From a virus: DNA of 64,000 nucleotides. A program made the translations under genes and the position numbers. The notes beneath the pieces are model-generated. The model did not search any database and was not told the origin of the DNA. It saw only the letters and a program-made list of their open reading frames with translations. Positions 48,547 through 56,879 of this stretch are shown piece by piece; position 1 is the stretch's first letter, and every line of letters begins with the position of its first letter. Where the stretch lies: the IMG/VR virus record IMGVR_UViG_3300045988_183972; one strand, 5' to 3'.

Positions 48547-48828
48547 ATGGAATTTAATAACGAAATAGTAGAATTTATTAACAGATATAGCAATATAAAA
48601 GTAGAGTACAATAATACAGAAAATGTAATTAAAAATATAGATATGTTGCATAAAGATATTTTAAAAAATTTAGATTTACAGAAAGAGATTTCAAGAGAAG
48701 AAAGAAATATTATTTGCGATGAAATAATTCTTGCTACAGGAGCTTTGGAAAGAATTAAGAATATATTAATGGAGAAGATGAATGAGATGCAATATGATTA
48801 TAATAAAGAGGACATGGATAGAGAATGA
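48547..48828 (+). CDS. hypothetical small protein (93 aa)
   Basis: AAGGAGAAAAATATG. Confidence 0.35.
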   Translation: MEFNNEIVEFINRYSNIKVEYNNTENVIKNIDMLHKDILKNLDLQKEISREERNIICDEIILATGALERIKNILMEKMNEMQYDYNKEDMDRE

Positions 48829-49304
48829 AAACTAAGAAAACACTTAAGCTGGAAAAACAAATATATAATACTACTAAAAAAATGGGAGTTTTTGGATGCT
48901 TTGAGGTCACAATAGGGTTCTTTGGCAGGGAAAGAGTAGATTATATGACTTATGATACAAAAGGTATATTTAGATGCTATGAAATAAAGGTAAGTAAGTC
49001 TGATTTTCATAGTAATGCTAAATTAAGCTTTGTAGGACATTATAATTATTATGTTCTTACAAGAAAATTATATGAAGAGGTTAAAGATGAAATACCTGAC
49101 TGGGTTGGAATTTATGTAGGTGAAAACCTTGTAAAATCCCCTAAAAAGCAAGATATAGACGAAAAGGTATATAAATATAGAAGAACTATAAATGGTCGCT
49201 CTAGTGAGCTTACAATACCTTATACAGATATGTTAAAAGAGAGTTTACTAAGGTCTCTATACAGAGAGGCAAATAAATGGTATATTTATAATTATCAATT
49301 ATAA
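48825..49304 (+). CDS. hypothetical protein, possible PD-(D/E)xK nuclease fold
   Basis: ATGA overlap with previous stop; ...ERVDYMTYDTKGIFRCYEIKVSKSDF has D...E-x-K spacing. Confidence 0.3.
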   Translation: MKTKKTLKLEKQIYNTTKKMGVFGCFEVTIGFFGRERVDYMTYDTKGIFRCYEIKVSKSDFHSNAKLSFVGHYNYYVLTRKLYEEVKDEIPDWVGIYVGENLVKSPKKQDIDEKVYKYRRTINGRSSELTIPYTDMLKESLLRSLYREANKWYIYNYQL

Positions 49305-49311
49305 AGGTGGT

Positions 49312-50118
49312 ATGTATACTATGATGATAGCTTTGACATATAGATGTAATATGGGATGTACTCATTGTATTTCAGATTGTAAACAAAATGGAATAGATAT
49401 GAGTAAAGACACTTTTATTGATAGTCTTGATTTTATAAATAAACATAAAATAAAAGCAATATTATTTTCTGGCGGTGAACCATTTGAACATCCAGATATT
49501 ATATCTTTGCTTGGTATTATAGAAGAAAAATTAGATAAGAATATCCCTATTACCTTTGCTACAAATGGAAGAGTTTTAGCAGATAATATTGAAATTTATG
49601 AAAAAGTATCTGAATTAGTTAAGAAGAATAAGAAAAGAATAATCATACAAGTTACAGATGATGATAGATTTTACCCTACTAAACTTAATGAAAAGCAAAG
49701 ATATAGACTGGAAAAAATAGGTGCTGTTATAGAAGGTGTTCCTAGCTATGTTTCTGATAGAAATAGGTGTTTATATCCACAAGGTAGAGCTTTAGATAAT
49801 TTTGATGAATCGTTTTATTATACTATTGCTCCTAAATGTGTAAATGTACGATTATTAGTAAGACAGAATATAAATAAAATATCAAATATATGTGATACAT
49901 TGCTTATGAGAGGAAAAATGTGTACTCCAGTAATTGCTCCTAATGGTATGTTAAAAATAGGAGAGTCGGCTTTGTGTCCTGAAGTAGCTTCAATTTATGA
50001 TAATGAAAAGGATATTATAAACAAAATATCTCATTTTAATTGTAATAAATGTACATATGCCCTTGAACAATTAAAGAAAAATAATCTGCCTGCTTACAAT
50101 CTATTAATAAATGAGTAA
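49312..50118 (+). CDS. radical SAM enzyme (function unknown; viperin/maturase-like core)
   Basis: CNMGCTHC (Cx3Cx2C) near N-terminus, ILFSGGEPFEHPD SAM motif, C-terminal extra Cys (CPEVASIY...CNKC). Confidence 0.55.
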   Translation: MYTMMIALTYRCNMGCTHCISDCKQNGIDMSKDTFIDSLDFINKHKIKAILFSGGEPFEHPDIISLLGIIEEKLDKNIPITFATNGRVLADNIEIYEKVSELVKKNKKRIIIQVTDDDRFYPTKLNEKQRYRLEKIGAVIEGVPSYVSDRNRCLYPQGRALDNFDESFYYTIAPKCVNVRLLVRQNINKISNICDTLLMRGKMCTPVIAPNGMLKIGESALCPEVASIYDNEKDIINKISHFNCNKCTYALEQLKKNNLPAYNLLINE

Positions 50119-50222
50119 TTATAGGAAATTATTATGAAGGAAATATCCGATTTATATTAAAAAAAGATTTACCAGAGTTTATAATAGATGCTTTATTATT
50201 TATACAAGATAAAGATTTTAAA

Positions 50223-50498
50223 ATGCCTAAAAAATATTCTGGAATAGATATTTTTAATGAAGAAAACAGAAATAAAGTTAATATTGGCTTCTCTGCTATA
50301 ATAGATAATATAGACAATACTATGTTTATAGATAAGGATAATTATAACAATATTGGGGATAAATGGTATGATTTTTTCAAGAATTATATAGATATATCTT
50401 TAAGTGAAGAGTATTTCACATTAAAAGGAGATAATTTATTAGATAGGATATATGATGAAGATTGTACTTATGATAAAGGTTATTTTTTAGAAGCTTAA
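50223..50498 (+). CDS. hypothetical small protein (91 aa)
   Basis: ORF. Confidence 0.3.
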   Translation: MPKKYSGIDIFNEENRNKVNIGFSAIIDNIDNTMFIDKDNYNNIGDKWYDFFKNYIDISLSEEYFTLKGDNLLDRIYDEDCTYDKGYFLEA

Positions 50499-50499
50499 T

Positions 50500-50530
50500 T
50501 TTTTTCACTTTACTACATTATTATATATAG
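50500..50530 (+). promoter_or_regulatory. recurrent promoter-like motif (TTTTTTTCACTTTACTACATTATTATATATAG)
   Basis: Consensus match. Confidence 0.35.
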
Positions 50531-50650
50531 AAGATAAAGAATAAAACTATTAAAATAGAAAGGATTATTAGAGTAACAACAATGGATTTTAACTTTCCTT
50601 GGAGGTGATGCATTATAAAAGAACATAAAAAGCAGTGGATACTTAATTAT

Positions 50651-50902
50651 ATGTTACAACACAAAGATGAGTTTATTGATGTTGTAGCAGAGAATTTTGT
50701 TAATGCATATATAAATGAATTTAATCCGAAAATAATAGAATGGTATTCATATGGAACACCGAAAGTTCCTGAAATCGGCAAGCTGCTTGCAGAATCATAT
50801 AAAGAGAATAAAATAGGTAGATATAGACATTATTGCGAAATTTGGCAAGACGGATATCCAAAATGGTTTTATATTTACTTTTTAACAGAAAATGAATTTT
50901 AA
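50651..50902 (+). CDS. hypothetical small protein (83 aa)
   Basis: GGAGGTGATG upstream. Confidence 0.35.
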   Translation: MLQHKDEFIDVVAENFVNAYINEFNPKIIEWYSYGTPKVPEIGKLLAESYKENKIGRYRHYCEIWQDGYPKWFYIYFLTENEF

Positions 50903-51167
50903 CTTTTTTGTGAGGTGATATTTTGAAAAAAGTCAGATATGCGATTGAAAAAGTAATAGAAGTTCCTGAAACAGAAGGGGAAGAGTCAATTAATAATATA
51001 ATCCGCAGAAGATGTAAAGAAGAAAATGGATTAGATTATATTTACACAACAGAAGATGATATGAAGAAAAATAGATGGAATAGTTTGTTTGATAAGATTT
51101 AAATAATATTTAAGAATTGTTTTACAAAAACTCGCAGGAATAAGAATAAAAAAAGGAATAAAAAAAA

Positions 51168-51446
51168 ATGATAAAATTAAAAATAGGTAGAAAAATCTAT
51201 GAATTAGATAGTAAAGATATAATTTTAGACAATGGCGTCTGCTATCAGATTATTACTCAAAAAGATACAAAAGGATTTAGTTGGTCTTATCCTGTAATGA
51301 GTAAGAAACTTTTCAATGATTTAAAAAAATCTGAATTGATTTTTACAAATGAAGAGTTACAACAGGCAGCTATAGAAAATTATAATACTCAAATTATAAC
51401 TTATTGGAAATTCAATATAGAAAAAATGCAAAAACTTGGATATTAA
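51168..51446 (+). CDS. hypothetical small protein (92 aa)
   Basis: AAAAAGGAATAAAAAAAATG. Confidence 0.35.
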   Translation: MIKLKIGRKIYELDSKDIILDNGVCYQIITQKDTKGFSWSYPVMSKKLFNDLKKSELIFTNEELQQAAIENYNTQIITYWKFNIEKMQKLGY

Positions 51447-51669
51447 AAAATTGCTTTCGAATGAAAAGGAAAGAGAAAAATGAAAACAGAGAAATGTATT
51501 CCAACAGAGCTAGTTGATAAAATGGTAAAAGTAAAAGATGATTTTAAAATTATGTCAAAAGATATAATTGAAGATATGTTAAAAGATATGGCACAAGAAG
51601 AGAAAGAAGTATTATTAAGATTGTATATTTTTGATAATAAATAGATGATAAAAGATTGTTTAAAAGAAG

Positions 51670-51984
51670 GTGTTAAAAATTAGAACAGAAACAAAAGTAA
51701 TAAAATTATTATTAAAAGAATTATATCCAAATGAAATATTTTCAGTACATCTAAAACAACCTTCTTCATATATTAGTAATTCAGACAAAATAAAAATTAA
51801 ATGCCCTAAATCAGTAAATAAAAAAGATGTAATTAGTACATTGAAAAAATATGTATATGGCATTGATGTTTATGAAAATGGAAACTTTGGATGTATGAAA
51901 CATACTAATAATATATCATATATCATCTTGATGAATGGTGAAAAAATAGATATGGATATGGTTGAATTTATCGAAGTCCAATGA
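51670..51984 (+). CDS. hypothetical small protein (GTG start)
   Basis: AAAAGAAGGTG start context. Confidence 0.3.
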   Translation: MLKIRTETKVIKLLLKELYPNEIFSVHLKQPSSYISNSDKIKIKCPKSVNKKDVISTLKKYVYGIDVYENGNFGCMKHTNNISYIILMNGEKIDMDMVEFIEVQ

Positions 51985-52193
51985 ATCCAAGTTTTCTTTG
52001 GAATGGAAAGGAATGAAGGAAATGACAAAATTTTGCAAGCAGCTAAAGAAAAATTTGGTGATAAAGAAATTTTAATTCACGATATGAATAGTAATTGTTT
52101 ATATGGATTTTCTAAGATATATTTAAATAAAGGTAATAATAAAGAGAGTAGTAGTATCTGTATATATACATAAATTAAAAAAGGAGTAAAAAA

Positions 52194-52601
52194 ATGGATT
52201 TATATATTTATTATAAAAATGGCAACAAATTATGTTTTGATAAATACGAAATACAAACATTTAATAATGGTCTGAATAATTCTAGTATTTATTATTATGT
52301 AGATAAGGGTAATCATTATAAAGACATATATCGTATTGCCTGTAATGATATAGGAAAAGTAATAAAAGAAGATAATACAGTAGCATTAATAGGTAGAGAT
52401 GATAAAAAAGCTTCTGATATTTTTGCGGATTATTATTCAAAACAAATTGAAAAATTACAAAAGCAAATTGATGAATTACAAAATAAAAAAAATACAAATA
52501 AAGTATTATGGGTAAAATGTACTAAAAATGGATATGAATGTCTTGAAGAAATAGAAGTTAATTTTAATGAAGAAAAAGATAACAATATTGATTTAGATTA
52601 A
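52194..52601 (+). CDS. hypothetical protein (135 aa)
   Basis: AAAAGGAGTAAAAAAATG. Confidence 0.4.
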   Translation: MDLYIYYKNGNKLCFDKYEIQTFNNGLNNSSIYYYVDKGNHYKDIYRIACNDIGKVIKEDNTVALIGRDDKKASDIFADYYSKQIEKLQKQIDELQNKKNTNKVLWVKCTKNGYECLEEIEVNFNEEKDNNIDLD

Positions 52602-52699
52602 TAATATAATATGAAGAAATTAGATAAAAAATATACATAAATATTGTAAAATTTACATTAGAACTAATGATTAACTATTTTTAATAGGAGGTTTGTATT

Positions 52700-52996
52700 A
52701 TGAATATATTATTATCTGATGATAAAATTATACAAGAAATAAAAATGTATCCTATTCCTAACTGGATATGGATTGAAATATGGGAAATGTCTCAATATGA
52801 GATACAAGTTGTAGTTACAGTTAATGAAGAAGAAAGCTGTTATTTAGGACAACATAAAGTTATTCATATCTGTTCAGCGAAAACAGATGATATTAATGAT
52901 ATAACTGAATTAAAAACTTATGGAAAATTAATAGTAAAACTAATAAGAAAGAATTTTCCGAATAGTAATGTTCATAGTAGGCTTTATTATAGATAA
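52700..52996 (+). CDS. hypothetical small protein (98 aa)
   Basis: AATAGGAGGTTTGTATTATG. Confidence 0.4.
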   Translation: MNILLSDDKIIQEIKMYPIPNWIWIEIWEMSQYEIQVVVTVNEEESCYLGQHKVIHICSAKTDDINDITELKTYGKLIVKLIRKNFPNSNVHSRLYYR

Positions 52997-53033
52997 AAAT
53001 TATTTTTATATAAAATAGTAGAAGGCAATAAAT

Positions 53034-53222
53034 ATGAAATGTAAATGTATAGAAAACTCACATAATAATAGTAATTTCAATTTAGGAGATATTTATAAAG
53101 TTGAAGAAAATATTGGTATATGGTCTCCAATATTATGCAGATTTAGGGATTGGGATAATCCCGGCACATTATTTAAAGGAATGATTTTTGAATTTGCTAT
53201 GTGTAAATTTGAAGTAATATAA
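53034..53222 (+). CDS. hypothetical small Cys-containing protein (62 aa)
   Basis: ORF. Confidence 0.3.
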   Translation: MKCKCIENSHNNSNFNLGDIYKVEENIGIWSPILCRFRDWDNPGTLFKGMIFEFAMCKFEVI

Positions 53223-53458
53223 TGATATTTATGATATTATTATGAATATTGTACATAAAATTAAAGTAAGGAATGATTTATATATACAGAGTGATTTACA
53301 AATTTTACAGTGGTGGTTATGAAATAAGTGATAAAATGAGCTTAGAAGATGCCAGAATTTTTAAACTAAAATGTTTAGAAATGTATTATAAAGAAGATGA
53401 AGTTTATATTATACAAATAATAGAATAAAAATATAAAAAAAGGAGAACTAAAAATAAA

Positions 53459-53797
53459 ATGGATAAACCTCCAATATATGAATGTTCAAATTGTTATAAT
53501 GAATTTTCTGAACAGTTATATCCTGTTAATATATCAGATATTAAATGGATAAATTTTATTTGCGAAAAATACCCTAATGGTTGTATTCAAATAAGTTGTT
53601 ACGATGCACAAGAAAATGCTTATTATGCAACAAGACTTTTAAAATGTTATGTGAGTAAAAAAGGTAGATATGCAATTTGGGGTAAGCACAGATTTTATGA
53701 AGGATATAGCGGTGGACTTATATTAAGAAGTGTTCCGTATAAGTCTATTGAAACTATAAGAGATGCGGCTAAACCGTATGGAACGATAGTAGAATGA
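53459..53797 (+). CDS. hypothetical Cys-rich protein (112 aa)
   Basis: AAAAGGAGAACTAAAAATAAAATG; YECSNCYNE...CEKYPNGC. Confidence 0.4.
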   Translation: MDKPPIYECSNCYNEFSEQLYPVNISDIKWINFICEKYPNGCIQISCYDAQENAYYATRLLKCYVSKKGRYAIWGKHRFYEGYSGGLILRSVPYKSIETIRDAAKPYGTIVE

Positions 53798-53836
53798 AAG
53801 AATGATTTACTCAGAAGATTGGAAGAGGTGATATAA

Positions 53837-54229
53837 ATGGAAATAAAAATAGTCACTGGACAAAGGAATGCAGACCTTGCTCAAATGGTAAGAAATTATA
53901 ATAATGTAGAATATTATCCAGAATCTAAAAGAATTCATCCGTATAATTTGGCAGATAATATTTTGGAACTATGTGAAAAACACTATACTGAAAATAAAGA
54001 TTTAATTATAGTTACATATTCTGAAATTGTTTTGGATGCAGTAAGACTTTGGGGAGCAAGAGCTAAACATTGCGACATTTTAGAATGTGTAAATGTATTA
54101 AATAATGGTGAAATTCGCATATCGAAATTCAATGAATTTGGCGAAATGGATTTTTGGGAAGACGGTGTGTTTGATATTAAAACCATAATATTAAAAGAGT
54201 TATTTGAAATTAGAAGACATAAGAAATGA
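53837..54229 (+). CDS. hypothetical protein (130 aa)
   Basis: GGAAGAGGTGATATAAATG. Confidence 0.4.
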   Translation: MEIKIVTGQRNADLAQMVRNYNNVEYYPESKRIHPYNLADNILELCEKHYTENKDLIIVTYSEIVLDAVRLWGARAKHCDILECVNVLNNGEIRISKFNEFGEMDFWEDGVFDIKTIILKELFEIRRHKK

Positions 54230-54244
54230 CGATTTCAAGAGGTT

Positions 54245-54559
54245 ATGGATATGAAAAAAGAAGAGAAAATACGAGTTATAAAATGGTACATTAGCCACTA
54301 CCTAAATACAAAAACCGATTATAGTGAAGTTGTCGATTTGAAAGACCTTGAAGAAATAGTAAGAACAGCAACAAACTGTTTTGCTAAAAGTAATAGATGC
54401 AATCAATGTACCTCAGATGGAAAGTCTTATTGTAATAGATGTGCTAATTGTATAGAATGGCATTGGGATTCGGACATTCCAGATGATGAATGTGTAGATA
54501 ATTATAGATTTAGATATCAATATTGGAAAACATTTTATGATTTTGATAATAAGAAATGA
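54245..54559 (+). CDS. hypothetical Cys-rich protein (104 aa; CNQC...CNRCANC zinc-ribbon-like)
   Basis: AAGAGGTTATGGATATG; four Cys pairs. Confidence 0.4.
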   Translation: MDMKKEEKIRVIKWYISHYLNTKTDYSEVVDLKDLEEIVRTATNCFAKSNRCNQCTSDGKSYCNRCANCIEWHWDSDIPDDECVDNYRFRYQYWKTFYDFDNKK

Positions 54560-54583
54560 CGATTTTATGGGGTGATGTAATTT

Positions 54584-54871
54584 ATGTGGAAAAGGACAAT
54601 GGATATATTTCCAGGGGAATTAATTGGAACTGATTCTGAAAACGAATTAAATAACGAATTAGAGTTTGGAGATTTTGCAAAAGTTATAGTTGACTCTCAA
54701 TTTCAAGATAAATATGAAGATGGTTCTCAATTTCCAAGATTTTTAGGATTAATAGGAAAAATAATTAATATTGATACGTCTGATGAATGGTCTTATCAAT
54801 TATTATTTGAAGATGGATTAACAAATTGGTTTAAAAGATATATTTTAGAAAAACAAACAATAGATTTTTAA
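54584..54871 (+). CDS. hypothetical small protein (95 aa)
   Basis: GGGGTGATGTAATTTATG. Confidence 0.4.
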   Translation: MWKRTMDIFPGELIGTDSENELNNELEFGDFAKVIVDSQFQDKYEDGSQFPRFLGLIGKIINIDTSDEWSYQLLFEDGLTNWFKRYILEKQTIDF

Positions 54872-55183
54872 AATAATAAAAAGCATATATATATACAGAC
54901 CAAGCTGAAAATTTATATTTTGATACAGAATAATAAATTAATTAGGAGATTTAATAAAAATAAAAGTGTTGTAGTAGATATTGTTGATAATAATAAACAA
55001 TCTATAATAATAGATATAAATGATAATGATTTTCAATTTATCTTTAATTAAATAATACTATAAAATATTAAAAATAAAAAAGAGAGGCTTTTTATAAAGT
55101 TTCTCTTTATTTTTTTGCCTATTTTTTATCTATTTCCATTATTATTATATAGTTTATAAAACAAAAAATAAAGGAAAGAAAAA

Positions 55184-55327
55184 ATGATTTATAGTATTTT
55201 ATATAAAATATATTTAATAATTCTATTGTGTTTTTTAGTAAAAAGTATAAAAAATAAAGATAGTATTATTTTTTTGTTTATGATTATGCTTCTTTTTATG
55301 GGGAGTGTTTTCTATTTTACTATTTAA
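55184..55327 (+). CDS. small hydrophobic peptide (47 aa), toxin/holin-like candidate
   Basis: MIYSILYKIYLIILLCFLVKSIKNKDSIIFLFMIMLLFMGSVFYFTI; AAAGGAAAGAAAAAATG. Confidence 0.3.
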   Translation: MIYSILYKIYLIILLCFLVKSIKNKDSIIFLFMIMLLFMGSVFYFTI

Positions 55328-55358
55328 GATAACTAAAAGAAAGGTGAATTTTTTGTGT

Positions 55359-55940
55359 ATGAAAAAAGATTATAAATATAGTATAGATATTAATGGTAAT
55401 GGTATACAAAAGGATTTAATTCAAAATACAATAATTATTGGAACAGGATATTTTAATTATATAAATCCTTTGGATTTAGTTATAGATACAAGAAAAGATG
55501 AAGATGAACAGATTAATAGTAAATGTGAGTTTGTCTGTAATATTATTCAAAAAATGTGTGGAGCAAAAGTAATACTAACAAACAGTCAAAGAAACATTAT
55601 AAAAAATATATGCTTAAGATTATATAAAGAATATGTTTTTAAACTAAAACTAAGAAATAAAAATGATGATGAAATTCTTTATGATAAAGAACTAAATCCA
55701 ACATTAGAAGATTTATATAATTATTTAAAGTATGTTCCTAGTATAGAAATAGAATTACTTATATGTTTGTTAGATATATATGTATATAGGTTAGACATAT
55801 ATAATAAACAAACCAATATTGTTTTAGATAAAGATAATATTAATGTATTTAATTTAGATTATATCCCTTTCTTTTTAAGAGATATTTCACAAGATATTAT
55901 ATTAGAATTTATTAATAACGAAAATAAAAAGGATAAATAA
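55359..55940 (+). CDS. hypothetical protein
   Basis: Start moved to ATG 55359 (GAAAGGTGAATTTTTTGTGTATG). Confidence 0.4.
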   Translation: MKKDYKYSIDINGNGIQKDLIQNTIIIGTGYFNYINPLDLVIDTRKDEDEQINSKCEFVCNIIQKMCGAKVILTNSQRNIIKNICLRLYKEYVFKLKLRNKNDDEILYDKELNPTLEDLYNYLKYVPSIEIELLICLLDIYVYRLDIYNKQTNIVLDKDNINVFNLDYIPFFLRDISQDIILEFINNENKKDK

Positions 55941-55944
55941 AATT

Positions 55945-56184
55945 ATGGAAAATAAAAAAGGTATTAAGATAAAATTTAATAAACATAATAAGTATGGAAG
56001 TGAACCTTGTTGTTGTGAAAAAGGATATTTAACTAAGTTTGGTTCATCAACATTATTTTGTTTTATCTGTAATTTATTTTGTCTTAGAAAAATATTAAAG
56101 ACAGAAAGTTTTTGTAAAAAATATGGCTGGAATAAAACCTGTAGAACTTGTCAGCAAAAAGGAAGTTATAAATTATTTGAATAA
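55945..56184 (+). CDS. small Cys-rich protein (79 aa)
   Basis: EPCCCEKGY...CFICNLFC...CRTCQQKG. Confidence 0.35.
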   Translation: MENKKGIKIKFNKHNKYGSEPCCCEKGYLTKFGSSTLFCFICNLFCLRKILKTESFCKKYGWNKTCRTCQQKGSYKLFE

Positions 56185-56559
56185 TAGTATAAATGATAAT
56201 AGGTGTTCTTAAGAATAAGGACATCTTTTTTTTATGACCTTATTTTTATAAAGTGTTTTATAAAAAATTATTCATCAAAATATAAAAAATTATAGTATAA
56301 AGATGCTAACTTTTTATTATTAGGATAAAAAATAATATATATTTTTTCTTAAAAAAGACTATATGTAAATTTAAAATTTATTACACAAAAGGTTATTTTT
56401 AATATAATCACAAAAATTATTAAACACGCTAAATAAAACATAAGGGATTTTATAAATAGACATACTTTAAAATCTATTATATTAAACATTTAAGGCTACT
56501 AAAATTTCAACAATATAATATCTATTTGTGTAATAAATTAATAATATATACTCTTTATT

Positions 56560-56620
56560 TTTATTTCTAAAAAAATTTCTAAAATTCTAAAAAAGTCTAA
56601 TAAATACTCTAAAAAGATTT
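56560..56620 (+). repeat. iteron-like direct repeats (5 x TCTAAwAAA at ~10-nt spacing) in ORF-free AT-rich region - candidate replication origin
   Basis: tttctaaaaaaa tttctaaaa ttctaaaaaag tctaataaat ctctaaaaag; within 56190-56690 gap lacking ORFs, immediately upstream of primase-helicase gene. Confidence 0.4.
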
Positions 56621-56690
56621 CACTTTATAACATTATTTTTATAAAAGAAAAAATAACAGAAGTAAAAAAATAAGAAAGGAAAGATTTATT

Positions 56691-56834
56691 ATGATTGATT
56701 TAAATAATATGCCAATAGATGAACTTAAAAAATATTTATCAGAAAATAATTTATCTATCGTATGTGAAGATGGAAAGATTGTTTCTACTGTTTTAGAAAA
56801 AGAAGCTGATTTTGAAGACGAAAAAGAAATTTAA
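56691..56834 (+). CDS. hypothetical small protein (47 aa) between iterons and rep-like gene
   Basis: GAAAGGAAAGATTTATTATG. Confidence 0.3.
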   Translation: MIDLNNMPIDELKKYLSENNLSIVCEDGKIVSTVLEKEADFEDEKEI

Positions 56835-56879
56835 CAACATTATTATTAAAAAAAATACAAATGAGAGGAGTATCTGCTA

